A DNA stretch of 56,366 bases from Anaerolineales bacterium (GCA_025450445.1 JANWHN010000060.1:1-56366), one strand, 5' to 3'; numbered from the stretch's first letter, positions 8,695 to 18,531 are shown. Made by a program: numbers and translations. The notes: generated by a model from the sequence alone, not told the origin.

Positions 8695-10871
8695 TTGGCT
8701 TCGTCTTTTTCTACGGTTTCAAGCTTGGCGAAAGCCGCCATAACTTTCTTTAGGCCCACCGCTTGAAAGAAAATATCGACAACCTCATCGTCATCCTGGA
8801 TGCGACTGTTGAGCACCATACCTTCTCCCCACTCGGCGTGGCGCACAGACATGCCCGGCCGGTACTGCTGCGTGACCGCGGCCGGACCTCTTTCGGGCGC
8901 ACTCCAACGATCCGGCCGATACGGATGTTCGAGTCGAGCCGCGTTGCCACCATCTATGACCTCATCTGGTAGATCGTCCAGGAAGCGTGATGGCTCAACG
9001 GCTTCGGCATAGCCGAAACTGTTGCGATACAGGTTGTGGATCAGAATAAGCCGGTCTTTCGCCCGCGTGATGCCAACGTAAAAAAGTCGGCGCTCTTCTG
9101 CCATTTCTTCCGGGTCGTCATGCGATCGCGAATGGGGCAGCGTGCCGTCGTCCAAGCCGGCGATAAAAACAACTGGATACTCCAGCCCCTTGGCGGCATG
9201 CAAGGTCAATAGGGTGGGTACTTCTGCGGTTTCGGCGATCGTGTCCTGGTCGGAGACAAGCGTGATCGTCTCCAGGAATTCGCTGATGCTGCGGCCTTTG
9301 TATTCAGACGCAAGCTTGCGCAATTCCTGCACATTTTCCCAGCGATCTTCGCCTTCCTCTTGGTCGCCTTCGGCTAATAAATAGTCGTGATAGTTCACGT
9401 CCGCAAGAATGCGATCCATGAGCGGCATCGTCTCGGTTTCCTTGCAGAGCGCGTGCCACTTTGACAGCATTGCCCCGATGGGGGTCATTGCCTGCAACGT
9501 GGTGCTCGACATGCCAGCAAAAATTGGGTCTTGAGGATTATCGCCAATGCGTATCAGCAGCATTCCCGGCGTGGTCTTGTCTTGCAACGCAAGCGCGCGT
9601 AGGTTAGCTTGAGCTTTTATGCCAATTCGCCGCGGGGGTACATTTATCACCCGCCCGAAACTGGCTTCGTCGCTCGGGTTGTAGGCAAGGCGCAGGTAAC
9701 ACAAAACATCTTTGACCTCGCGGCGCCCGTAAAAGCGCTGCGCACCAACCAGTTTATAAGGAAGATTCGCATGCAAAAATGCTTCTTCTATCAAGCGTGA
9801 CTGTGCGTTGATGCGATACATGATCGCAAAGTCGCCGGGCTTGGCTTCCTTCTTGGCGACCGCCATAGCGATCGTTTCCACGATAAAGCGTCCCGCACCT
9901 TGCTCATTCAAAGCTTTGTGCAGCGTTATCTTTTGGCCGCCGCCGCGCTCGGTGAAAAGCTGCTTGCGGGTGCGATGCGGGTTGCGATCGATGACCGCCA
10001 TGGCCGCGTCCAGGATCCGCTGGGTCGAGCGATAATTTTGCTCCAGCAAGATCACCTGTGAGTCGGGGAAATCTTCCTCAAATCGCAGCACATTGCGGTA
10101 GTCAGCGCCGCGCCAGCGATAAATAGATTGATCGGTATCACCCACCACGTAAATATTGCGATGGAATGAAGCCAGATGCTTGAGTAGGGCGTACTGCGCC
10201 AGGTTCGTATCCTGGAATTCGTCTACGAGCACGTGCTCGAAACGCTGAGCATATTTCTTGCGCACGGCCGCATTGTCGTCGAGCAGTTTTGCCGTCCAGA
10301 GCAGTAAGTCATCGAAATCGACTGCGTTGCTAGCCATCAGCATTTGCTGGTAGCGCGCGTACACCCGCGCCACCACCTCGTCGCGATAATTGGTAAGCGG
10401 CATATCCTCGGGCAGCAACAGATCGTTCTTGGCTGCTGAGATGCGCGCATGCACTCCGCCGGGGCGGTGCATTTTGTCATCAATGTTCAGCTCTTTGAGC
10501 GCATTCCGCACCAGGGCGACCTGGTCGTCAGAGTCGTAAATGACAAAATTTTGATTGAAGGGCAGGTGCTCAACCTCGACCCGTAACAACCGCGCGCAGA
10601 TGGAATGGAAGGTGCCTAAGGTCAACCCGCGCGGTCTGCCACCGAGCAAAGCCTCGACCCGCGCATTCATCTCTTTGGCAGCTTTGTTGGTGAACGTGAC
10701 CGCCAGGATGCTATAGGGATTTACGGCTAAATTGCTGATCAGGTGAGCGATGCGGTGGGTGAGCACCCGCGTTTTGCCTGAGCCGGGGCCGGCCAGGACC
10801 AACACTGGACCTAATCCGACATTGAGTGCCTGTTGTTGCTCCGGATTTAAACCCGCGGCAAGATCAATCAT
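8691..10871 (-). CDS. pcrA: ATP-dependent DNA helicase PcrA/UvrD
   Basis: AGPGSGKT, TFTNKAA, VDEFQD, LEQNYRS, TLHAAKGLE, EERRLFYVGITRA; C-terminal Tudor-like VRHAEWGEG; ATG 10871 lies 6 nt after TACAAT. Confidence 0.95.
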   Translation of the reverse strand: MIDLAAGLNPEQQQALNVGLGPVLVLAGPGSGKTRVLTHRIAHLISNLAVNPYSILAVTFTNKAAKEMNARVEALLGGRPRGLTLGTFHSICARLLRVEVEHLPFNQNFVIYDSDDQVALVRNALKELNIDDKMHRPGGVHARISAAKNDLLLPEDMPLTNYRDEVVARVYARYQQMLMASNAVDFDDLLLWTAKLLDDNAAVRKKYAQRFEHVLVDEFQDTNLAQYALLKHLASFHRNIYVVGDTDQSIYRWRGADYRNVLRFEEDFPDSQVILLEQNYRSTQRILDAAMAVIDRNPHRTRKQLFTERGGGQKITLHKALNEQGAGRFIVETIAMAVAKKEAKPGDFAIMYRINAQSRLIEEAFLHANLPYKLVGAQRFYGRREVKDVLCYLRLAYNPSDEASFGRVINVPPRRIGIKAQANLRALALQDKTTPGMLLIRIGDNPQDPIFAGMSSTTLQAMTPIGAMLSKWHALCKETETMPLMDRILADVNYHDYLLAEGDQEEGEDRWENVQELRKLASEYKGRSISEFLETITLVSDQDTIAETAEVPTLLTLHAAKGLEYPVVFIAGLDDGTLPHSRSHDDPEEMAEERRLFYVGITRAKDRLILIHNLYRNSFGYAEAVEPSRFLDDLPDEVIDGGNAARLEHPYRPDRWSAPERGPAAVTQQYRPGMSVRHAEWGEGMVLNSRIQDDDEVVDIFFQAVGLKKVMAAFAKLETVEKDEAK

Positions 10872-10964
10872 GCGAGGATTGTACTGTATCGAAAAATCGG
10901 TCATATTGACGCATGAACAGCTTGTTGTATGATGTTTTGACACATTTCAACTCGGGAGGACGAG

Positions 10965-11384
10965 ATGGAAAAGAAGATCGGCGAGGTTACCCACTTTTTT
11001 GCGGGCCCCAGCGCGGCCGTGCTGAGACTGAGTGAACCGCTTGCCCTTGGCCAGAAGATCCATATAGTGGGAGCCACTACAGATTTCACCGAAAAGTTGA
11101 CATCGATGCAGATCAACCATAGCCCAGTGGATGACGCCAAGCCTGGCGATGACATCGCCATCCTGGTAAAAGACCGCGTTCGTGAAGGCGACGAGGTGTT
11201 CTTAGTCACCGCCGAGCCCAAATCCCCCGCCGCTAAGCCCAAGGCAAAAGCGAAACCAAAAAAGAAGGCCAAGCCGAAAGCCGAGAAACCAAAAGCCAAA
11301 GCTAAGACCAAGGCAAAAAAGCCGAAGGCAAAAACCAAAGCAAAAAAGAAGACTAAGCCAAAGGCCAAGAAAAAGCGCAAGTAG
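10965..11384 (+). CDS. Small beta-barrel (EF-Tu domain II/U32 C-terminal-like) protein with Lys/Ala/Pro-rich tail
   Basis: IGEVTHFF...G.TTDFTE..SMQI.H..V..AKPGD.I...V..RVREGD.V pattern; GGAGG SD; low-complexity KAKPK tail. Confidence 0.75.
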   Translation: MEKKIGEVTHFFAGPSAAVLRLSEPLALGQKIHIVGATTDFTEKLTSMQINHSPVDDAKPGDDIAILVKDRVREGDEVFLVTAEPKSPAAKPKAKAKPKKKAKPKAEKPKAKAKTKAKKPKAKTKAKKKTKPKAKKKRK

Positions 11385-11436
11385 GTTTGCAAAACTAGAT
11401 TGGGTGGGGGGTAAAATGCTCGAAAAGGAGCATGCT

Positions 11437-12000
11437 TTGCATCGCTATTTCATCGTTCTAATTGCCTTCCTATTCATCCTTGTTTCGTGTGGGCCTGCGG
11501 CACCCAGCCTGGAAGAAATACAAACGACAGCAGAAAGCCTGGCTGCTACCGGCGTGGCCCAAACTTTGGCTGCTTTGCCCACAAATACGCTGGAACCTAC
11601 ATCCACACTAACCTCGACGACTGAGCCCTCGGCAACAAGCACGATCGCAGAATTAGCTACCGCAACCCCTACTTCGAGTGGCTTTGTGGCCTCGGGCACG
11701 CAAGCCAACGTGGCCCCCACCACGGTCTCGGCGACTGAGTTGGCCAATAAGAAGGACAATAGCACCGCGGTCAAGCTGCAGAACAACACCGATCAAATTA
11801 TTTGGATCATTATTGAGGGGCCGGGTTATTGGGAATATCGTTTCTCGGATAGCTTCGTGATCCTGTTGCCGCTGGGCGAGTATCACTATCGCGCTTGGAT
11901 CGGCGACAACGGCCCCTACGAAGGTAACTTCCATATCGGGAACCCAGACAAGCACACATTTGTTTTTTCAAATGGGAAAGTTGATTTCCAGGGTCCATGA
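11437..12000 (+). CDS. Hypothetical lipoprotein with Thr-rich linker
   Basis: Lipobox LVSC; AGGAG SD before TTG 11437; small beta-rich C-terminal domain. Confidence 0.75.
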   Translation: MHRYFIVLIAFLFILVSCGPAAPSLEEIQTTAESLAATGVAQTLAALPTNTLEPTSTLTSTTEPSATSTIAELATATPTSSGFVASGTQANVAPTTVSATELANKKDNSTAVKLQNNTDQIIWIIIEGPGYWEYRFSDSFVILLPLGEYHYRAWIGDNGPYEGNFHIGNPDKHTFVFSNGKVDFQGP

Positions 12001-12575
12001 AAACCAAAACTCAACTTTCAATAGTTTTAATCTTTCTTGCTTTGTTAGCGGCATGCTCTTCGGCGCCAAATGCTGAAGAACTGCATGCAACAGCGCAAAA
12101 TATGGCCAATACCAGCATCGCTCTTACTGTCGCGGCAATCCCAACGGAAACAGCTGTCCCCAGCGATACATCAACCTCTGCTCCTACGACAACATTTACG
12201 CAAGAAGCAAGTGCCTTGCCCTCCGGTACCGCAACCTTGGCGCTCGTCACTCCGACGACTCCGTTGCCAACCGCGACAAACTATGGGCAGATGAGCGGCA
12301 GCGCACAAGAAACGGCCTGGTCGGATAAAGATGACCAGAATGCTCCCCTTATGCTCAGGAACAATACCGAGCTTGAAATCCACTTAATTTTGCTTTCCCC
12401 GGTTTATCAGGAATATACATTTACCAGTAACATGTCCTTGATTCTTCCCGAAAACACATATTCGTACCGCGTTTTTGTTGGCGACAAAGCTTTCAGCGGT
12501 TCCTTCTCAATCACCAACGGCGACAAGCACGCTCTCGTCTTTTTTGAAGATCACGTTCGTTTCGGCGTCCCCTAA
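11997..12575 (+). CDS. Hypothetical lipoprotein, paralogue of the upstream gene
   Basis: Lipobox LAAC; ATGA overlap; shared motifs L.NNT, EY.F, LP...Y.YR..GD, G.F.I...DKH..VF. Confidence 0.8.
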   Translation: MKTKTQLSIVLIFLALLAACSSAPNAEELHATAQNMANTSIALTVAAIPTETAVPSDTSTSAPTTTFTQEASALPSGTATLALVTPTTPLPTATNYGQMSGSAQETAWSDKDDQNAPLMLRNNTELEIHLILLSPVYQEYTFTSNMSLILPENTYSYRVFVGDKAFSGSFSITNGDKHALVFFEDHVRFGVP

Positions 12576-13567
12576 TGTCGGTTAACTGGGATCTGCTGGG
12601 CAATGAATGGGCGGTGCAATTGCTCAAAGCCCAGATCGGCAACCAGCGTTTGCGCCAGGCATATCTTTTTACCGGGCCTGCTGGCGTTGGCCGCCGCACG
12701 CTGGCCCTCCGCTTGGCCCAGGCTCTGAATTGCGCCAACCCGCCGGAGCCCGGCGATTTCTGCGGCGAATGTCGCAACTGCCGCGGCTTTGCCAAAATGC
12801 AGCACTCGGATTTCTTCCTAGTCGAGAAACAGGAGGGCGACCGCGATATCAAAGTTGAGGCGATCCGCGAGCTCACTCGTTCGCTTTCGCTCACTCCACT
12901 CGAGGCTAAATTTCAGATGGCACTCATCCGCAATTTCGAAGAGGCAAGCGAGCAAGCTGCCAACGGTCTCTTGAAAACACTCGAGGAGCCGAATCGCTCG
13001 GTGGTGATTTGCATCACTGCAACCGATACGGATAGTTTGCCCGCCACCATTGCCTCCCGGTGTGAGGTCTTGCGCCTTCGACCGGTTGCGGCCGCGCCAT
13101 TGGCCGCTGAACTCGCAGGTCGAATGAACATTGAATCTAAGCAAGCCCAGTTGCTGGCAAACCTCAGTGACGGCCGGCCTGGCATCGCATTGCGGCTTCA
13201 CGAACAACCCGCTGGCTTAGAGCAACGCATCGAATGGCTCGACGAGGCTGATCTCATGCTGACCTCAAACCGCGTGCAGCGATTCGCCTACGCGGAGCGG
13301 GTCAGCAAGGATCGCCAAACCTTGAATCGCCTGCTAATGGTCTGGCTCTCATTTTGGCGGGACGTTCTAGTGGGCGTATCCGGCTCTTCGGCGCCGACTG
13401 TCAATTCGGACCGTAAAGAAAAGATCGAGAACCTGACTCAGCGCCTGTCTCTAGCGGACGCAAAGCGGGTTTTGACCGGCATTGACCGCATTCTCGAGCA
13501 ATTGGCAACAAATGTGAACGCAAGACTCGCAATGGAAGTCCTTTTGCTGGAATTTCCTTCCCTGTAA
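12575..13567 (+). CDS. holB: DNA polymerase III delta' subunit
   Basis: AYLFTGPAGVG, C..CGECRNC zinc module, AANGLLKTLEEP, TIASRC. Confidence 0.93.
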   Translation: MSVNWDLLGNEWAVQLLKAQIGNQRLRQAYLFTGPAGVGRRTLALRLAQALNCANPPEPGDFCGECRNCRGFAKMQHSDFFLVEKQEGDRDIKVEAIRELTRSLSLTPLEAKFQMALIRNFEEASEQAANGLLKTLEEPNRSVVICITATDTDSLPATIASRCEVLRLRPVAAAPLAAELAGRMNIESKQAQLLANLSDGRPGIALRLHEQPAGLEQRIEWLDEADLMLTSNRVQRFAYAERVSKDRQTLNRLLMVWLSFWRDVLVGVSGSSAPTVNSDRKEKIENLTQRLSLADAKRVLTGIDRILEQLATNVNARLAMEVLLLEFPSL

Positions 13568-13654
13568 TCAATAAAATACCCGCGTAAGGTGCCTATGCTA
13601 TACTCACCTAACGCCTCCGTTTAAATGAAAAGGCGTCTGTTTAATCTCTAAAAA

Positions 13655-15775
13655 ATGATGGCTACTGACGCCGTACGAGAGGGGAATCGCACTCGCGCAT
13701 TCCTAGATCTCCTTGTCCACGTGAGCCGGGAGCTAGCCTCCGCGCTAGATTTGCGCCTGGTTCTTGAGCGCGTGCTCAAGCTCTCCTTAGAGAGCGTGAG
13801 TGGCAGCAGCGGCAGCATTATCGTGTTGGACGATCAGGGAAACCCTCTCGATTCAATTCTCCTTATTAAGGATAGGGTCATCCAAGAAGCAACGCAACAG
13901 TTGAAATTTACCATCGATAAGGGGCTGGCAGGCTGGGTTCTTAAGAATCGCGAACCGGCTCTGATCACCGATACCAGCCTCGATAAGCGCTGGCAAGCGC
14001 CGCCAAAAGGTGAGCAAGCCAAGGTCGGGCCGAAGTCTGTAGTGGCCGCGCCCCTTATCGTCCGCGAAAAAGTTGTCGGGATCATGACTTTGACCCATCC
14101 CGAGACAGGCTTCTTTACCCAAGATCATCTCGACTTGGTCCAGGCTATTTCTGACCAGGCTGCTTTCGCGGTTTACAACGGCCGGCTGTATGCTGAGAGC
14201 TTGCGCCGCGCTGGTGTGATGACTGCTATCGCTGAGAGCGCCGCGGCCATCGGGGCGAGTCTTCAGCTCGATAAAGTTCTTCAGACAATTTTGGAACAGA
14301 CGACGCAGGCTCTTGAGGTTGAAGCGGTCTCATTGGCCCTAGTCGAACCAGGTGAAAAAGAGCTTGTGTTTCGCGCCGCCACCGGTGAACGCAGCAAAGA
14401 AGTAGTTGGCCTGCGCATCAAGGTCGGGCAAGGCGTGGCTGGATGGGTAGTGAAGGAGGGCCAAGGCCTGATAGTCCAGGATACAGAGCAAGACCCGCGC
14501 TTTTATTCAAAAGTTGACGAAGCGACTGGGTACAAGACTCGCGCGATTGCCTGCGCTCCGATCCGCGCGCGCGGCAAGGTCATCGGCGTTCTCGAGGCGC
14601 TCAACCCCGAAGCCGGCTCGTTTGCCGGTGATGCATTGTCCGTCCTGGATGGCATTGGAAACCTGGCTGGCACCGCGATCGAGCATGCCCAGCTATTCGA
14701 GCAAATGGAAGCCGCCCGCACCCGCTACCGCGAGTTGTTTGAGGATAGCGTCGATGCGATTTTGATCACGGATTGGGAAGGCAATATTGTCGAAGCCAAC
14801 CGTCAGGCTGAATTGCTCATCGGTTTTGACGAAGAAACGCTGCATAAAATGAACATCCACCATTTTCATAAGGCAGATTACAAGGCACTTGGCAAGGATC
14901 TGACCAAATTAAAGGAAGGCGCATCGGTTTCGTACGAATCAATTTTGCAAGGACAGAGCAGCAACGAAGTCGGAATCGAGGTCTATGTCCATCGCATTTT
15001 GATGGACGGAGGCGAGCAACTCCAGTGGATCGTGCGCGACATAACTGAGCGCAAAAACCTTGACTCACTGCGCGAAGATCTTGCCTCCATGATCTATCAT
15101 GACCTGCGCTCTCCGCTCGCCAACGTTGTCTCGGGCTTGGATGTTCTTGAAATGATGCTGCCAGTCGATCAGGATCCAACGATCCGCTCGGTATTGGATA
15201 TCGCCATGCGCTCGACCGAGCGTGTCCAACGCCTTGCTAATTCTTTGCTTGATACCTCACGCATGGAAGCCGGCCAAAGCATCGGGAACCCGGAGCCAAG
15301 CGCGGTCGGCGATCTGGTTCAAGCCGCGCTCGATGCCGTGGCGACGGGCGCCCAAGCGAAGGAGATCAAACTGGAAGCAGGGGTTATCAAGGGTTTGCCG
15401 AAGGTGCTTGTCGATATCGAGATGATCCGACGCGTCCTGATCAACTTATTGGAGAATGCCATCAAATATTCGGGTGAAGGACAAAAGATCACAGTCGGTG
15501 CCCGGCGTGCTGGAGATTTTGTAGAGTTTTGGGTTAAAGATGAAGCCCGTGGAATTCCTAAGAACGAGCTTGAGCGCATATTCGAAAAATTTGCCCGGGT
15601 TCAAATGGGCGCGTCTGGAAACACAAAGGGGCTCGGCTTGGGTCTTGCATTCTGCAAGCTCGCAGTTGAAGGGCACGGCGGCGAGATCTGGGTTGAAAGC
15701 GAGCTGGGTAAAGGCTCACGTTTTGCTTTCACCATGCCGATTGCGCGCACAGGCGCGCTCGAGCCTGCCAAATGA
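13655..15775 (+). CDS. Cytoplasmic GAF-GAF-PAS sensor histidine kinase
   Basis: Two GAF repeats (GLAGWV/GVAGWV), PAS, YHDLRSPLA, NLLENAIKY, GLGLGL; TGCTATACT promoter upstream. Confidence 0.92.
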   Translation: MMATDAVREGNRTRAFLDLLVHVSRELASALDLRLVLERVLKLSLESVSGSSGSIIVLDDQGNPLDSILLIKDRVIQEATQQLKFTIDKGLAGWVLKNREPALITDTSLDKRWQAPPKGEQAKVGPKSVVAAPLIVREKVVGIMTLTHPETGFFTQDHLDLVQAISDQAAFAVYNGRLYAESLRRAGVMTAIAESAAAIGASLQLDKVLQTILEQTTQALEVEAVSLALVEPGEKELVFRAATGERSKEVVGLRIKVGQGVAGWVVKEGQGLIVQDTEQDPRFYSKVDEATGYKTRAIACAPIRARGKVIGVLEALNPEAGSFAGDALSVLDGIGNLAGTAIEHAQLFEQMEAARTRYRELFEDSVDAILITDWEGNIVEANRQAELLIGFDEETLHKMNIHHFHKADYKALGKDLTKLKEGASVSYESILQGQSSNEVGIEVYVHRILMDGGEQLQWIVRDITERKNLDSLREDLASMIYHDLRSPLANVVSGLDVLEMMLPVDQDPTIRSVLDIAMRSTERVQRLANSLLDTSRMEAGQSIGNPEPSAVGDLVQAALDAVATGAQAKEIKLEAGVIKGLPKVLVDIEMIRRVLINLLENAIKYSGEGQKITVGARRAGDFVEFWVKDEARGIPKNELERIFEKFARVQMGASGNTKGLGLGLAFCKLAVEGHGGEIWVESELGKGSRFAFTMPIARTGALEPAK

Positions 15776-16635
15776 AGAGGCTGAAGCACCAGATCTATTA
15801 CGAGAATGATTACACCGGCGCCACAGTGGGTGCCTTGCTGTTCTCCAAGGACACAGTTTTGGTCGACGCACCGCTGCGGCCCGATGAGGCGCGTTCGTGG
15901 CTTTCGGAATTGCGCAAAGCTGGCGCCAAGCCGCGCCGGTTAGCGATCAATCTTGATTCTCACCCGGATCGCACACTCGGCACGCAGACTCTGGAAGCAC
16001 AAGTTTTGGCCCACCGTGAAACCGCACGCCAGTTCCGTAGGCGCGCGGCGATATTTAAAGCACTCAAGCAGGAAAGCGGTGCCGAATGGGAAGAAACCTC
16101 CGGGTTGAGCGGCTTACGGTGGATCATGCCGCGGGTGACCTTCTCAGAACACAGCGTCATGTTTTTCGATGGTCGCGAGTTACGTTTGGAATATCATCCG
16201 GGTCCAGGACCAGGCGCGTGCTGGTTGGTCATTCCCGAAGACAAAATCGTTTTCGTTGGCGATGCAGTTGTTATTGGGCAGCCGCCATTTCTGGCTCAGG
16301 CCGATATTGAAGCCTGGATCGATGGACTTGATCTTTTGCTCTCCCGCCCTTTCCGCGGCTATACGATTATTTCTGGGCGCGGTGGTAAAGCAACTGCACA
16401 GGATGTGAATGCGCAAAAGAAAATGCTCGATGGCATCGAAACAAGTCTCAAGAAAATTAGCAAGAAAAAATCGACTGCCAACGCCGAAATTGACAAACTG
16501 GCAAATAAGCTTCTTGCAAAATACAGAGCGCCCGCAAAACGCAAGGCTTTCTATCTACAGCGCCTCAAGCATGGCCTGCATAACTACTATGCCCGCAATT
16601 ACTTGCCGGGCAGCCGATCCCAAAACAATCATTAA
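15772..16635 (+). CDS. Metallo-beta-lactamase-fold protein with degenerate metal site
   Basis: VLVDAP, INLDSHPDRTLG, VFVGDAV, IISGRG at the MBL motif positions. Confidence 0.75.
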   Translation: MKRLKHQIYYENDYTGATVGALLFSKDTVLVDAPLRPDEARSWLSELRKAGAKPRRLAINLDSHPDRTLGTQTLEAQVLAHRETARQFRRRAAIFKALKQESGAEWEETSGLSGLRWIMPRVTFSEHSVMFFDGRELRLEYHPGPGPGACWLVIPEDKIVFVGDAVVIGQPPFLAQADIEAWIDGLDLLLSRPFRGYTIISGRGGKATAQDVNAQKKMLDGIETSLKKISKKKSTANAEIDKLANKLLAKYRAPAKRKAFYLQRLKHGLHNYYARNYLPGSRSQNNH

Positions 16636-16642
16636 CTAAACA

Positions 16643-17686
16643 ATGGATTATTCGGCATATCGTCCCGTCTACGCGCTCAGCCGGGGTGGCCGGCCGGAGT
16701 CCGTGCACCATGGCGCCATCGCCGTCGTCAGCGCGTCCGGTGAGCTGCTGGCTGCCTATGGGCATGCCCACCTTTCAACCTTCGTCCGCTCTACCGGCAA
16801 ACCGTTTCAAGCTTTGCCGTTTGTGCTTGCGGGCGCCGTCGAACACTACAGGCTCACCACTCAAGAATTAGCTCTGATATGCGCTTCGCATTCCGGTACG
16901 GACGAACAAGTGAAAGTCTTGGCGTCCATCCACAAGAAAACCGGAATATCCGAAGATCAACTGCAATGCGGCACCCATCCGCCATTCCATCGAGCCACCG
17001 CCCAACGGATCGAGAAGGTTGGCGAAAAGCTCACCGTCAGCCGCCACAACTGTTCCGGCAAGCACACCGGCATGCTGGCTTATGCCAAAATGCGCGGCTG
17101 GTCGCTTGAAGATTACTTAGATGTGCAGCATCCGATGCAGCAGGAGATCATCTCTCTGTTCGCAGATATCGCCAGCCTGCCCATTGAGAAGCTGGCGATC
17201 GGCATCGATGGTTGCTCCGCCCCCAACTGGTCCGCGCCGCTGTACAACACTGCTCTGGCTTATGCGCGCTTGATGGATCCTTCTGGGTTGCCTGTCGCCC
17301 AGGCACGTGCCGGCTCACAAGTACGCGACGCAATGATCGCCCACCCGGAAATGGTTGGCGGACCAGAGCGCTTCGATACGGACATCATGCCCGCCTTCGG
17401 CACAAATTTGTTATCCAAAGCTGGCGCCGAAGGTTTCCAGGGTATTGGGCTCGCTTCTGGCGTTCTTAGCGGTGAGGCGATCGGCATTGCCCTCAAGATC
17501 GCAGATGGCGACGCCCGCGGTTGGGCGCGCGAGGCTGTCTCGCTTGAGGTACTGCGCCAGCTCGGCGCGCTCTCGCCGCAACAAGCCGAAGCACTCAGCG
17601 GGTATGGCCCGCAAAGAATTGTGAAAAACTTTGCCGGTCTGGAAGTGGGTCGTGGCGAACCTGTTTTCGATCTTGAAAATCAATGA
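16643..17686 (+). CDS. L-asparaginase II, Rhizobium etli AnsA type
   Basis: RSTGKPFQA, CASHSG, HNCSGKH, DGCSAP, SKAGAEG. Confidence 0.9.
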   Translation: MDYSAYRPVYALSRGGRPESVHHGAIAVVSASGELLAAYGHAHLSTFVRSTGKPFQALPFVLAGAVEHYRLTTQELALICASHSGTDEQVKVLASIHKKTGISEDQLQCGTHPPFHRATAQRIEKVGEKLTVSRHNCSGKHTGMLAYAKMRGWSLEDYLDVQHPMQQEIISLFADIASLPIEKLAIGIDGCSAPNWSAPLYNTALAYARLMDPSGLPVAQARAGSQVRDAMIAHPEMVGGPERFDTDIMPAFGTNLLSKAGAEGFQGIGLASGVLSGEAIGIALKIADGDARGWAREAVSLEVLRQLGALSPQQAEALSGYGPQRIVKNFAGLEVGRGEPVFDLENQ

Positions 17687-18378
17687 AATCGGCCGCCAAA
17701 AGAGCGCTCCACGTCCACCAGAAGCTCTTGGAATTTTATGGTTATCCAACCTGGCGCAACCCGCTGCCTCCGCTTGACGAACTAGTTTCGACGATCCTTT
17801 CCCAAAATACCAACGACATAAACCGCGATGTTGCTTTTAACACTCTAAAAGAAAAATTCCCCACCTGGGAAGAAGTCCGCGATGCTCCCGCAAAAAAAGT
17901 GATCGCTGCTATTCGCTACGCCGGGCTTGGCAACCAGAAAGGCCCGCGCATTCAGCAAGCCTTGCGCTCGATCACCAAAACCCGCGGGGAACTATCTCTC
18001 GAATTTCTGCGCGATCTTTTCGCCCAAGAAGCCAAAGCTTGGCTGACCCAGTTCAAAGGCGTCGGCCCCAAGACGGCCGCCATCGTGCTGCAATTTTCGC
18101 TGGATAAGCCCGCTTTTCCGGTTGATACCCACATTTATCGTGTCACGGGCCGTATCGGTCTGCGGCCCGCGAAAATGAATGTTGAGAAGGCGCACGAATA
18201 TTTCGAACAGATCCTGCCACCCGAAACTTACTATGCAGCTCATTTGAATATCATTCGCCTGGGGCGCGAGATCTGTTTGGCGCGCAAGCCCAATTGTCCC
18301 GCCTGTCCCTTGAAAAAAATGTGCAACTATTACGCCGAGAACTACAAGAATGAAAAACCGCACAAAAGGAGCAACTAA
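17683..18378 (+). CDS. nth: Endonuclease III (HhH-GPD, 4Fe-4S)
   Basis: ILSQNT, FKGVGPKTA, FPVDTH, C-x6-C-x2-C-x5-C. Confidence 0.9.
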   Translation: MKSAAKRALHVHQKLLEFYGYPTWRNPLPPLDELVSTILSQNTNDINRDVAFNTLKEKFPTWEEVRDAPAKKVIAAIRYAGLGNQKGPRIQQALRSITKTRGELSLEFLRDLFAQEAKAWLTQFKGVGPKTAAIVLQFSLDKPAFPVDTHIYRVTGRIGLRPAKMNVEKAHEYFEQILPPETYYAAHLNIIRLGREICLARKPNCPACPLKKMCNYYAENYKNEKPHKRSN

Positions 18379-18401
18379 CTAGGCTATACTTACTTAACTA
18401 A

Positions 18402-18492
18402 TTTGCACGGGGAGCCCGTTGTTCCGGGCTGAGAGGCAGGCAGCAGCCTGCGACCCGCAAACCTGATCCGGATAATGCCGGCGGAGGAATGC
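18402..18492 (+). ncRNA. TPP riboswitch
   Basis: GGGGAGCCCG...CGGGCTGAGAG...GACCCG..AACCTGATCCGGATAATGCCGGCGGAGGAA consensus; upstream of thiamine genes; TATACT at 18385. Confidence 0.95.
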
Positions 18493-18504
18493 CTTTGTCA
18501 TCCC

Positions 18505-18531
18505 ACCTCCGGCAACCGCTGGAGGTTTTTT
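18505..18531 (+). terminator. Riboswitch expression platform hairpin (terminator and SD-sequestering)
   Basis: ACCTCCGGC-aacc-GCTGGAGGT followed by a T-run; the 3' arm holds the GGAGG SD of thiN. Confidence 0.8.

Noticed and set aside
7286-10871. Helicase plus nucleotide hydrolase as a dedicated defence island
   Set aside because: The helicase is a canonical housekeeping PcrA and the context has no defence or mobility genes
10913-10928. Possible LexA box upstream of pcrA (GAACAGCTTGTTG)
   Set aside because: Does not fit GAAC-N4-GTTC in spacing or sequence
11220-11381. A-rich repetitive DNA as a tandem repeat element
   Set aside because: Explained by Lys/Ala/Pro codons with varied synonymous positions
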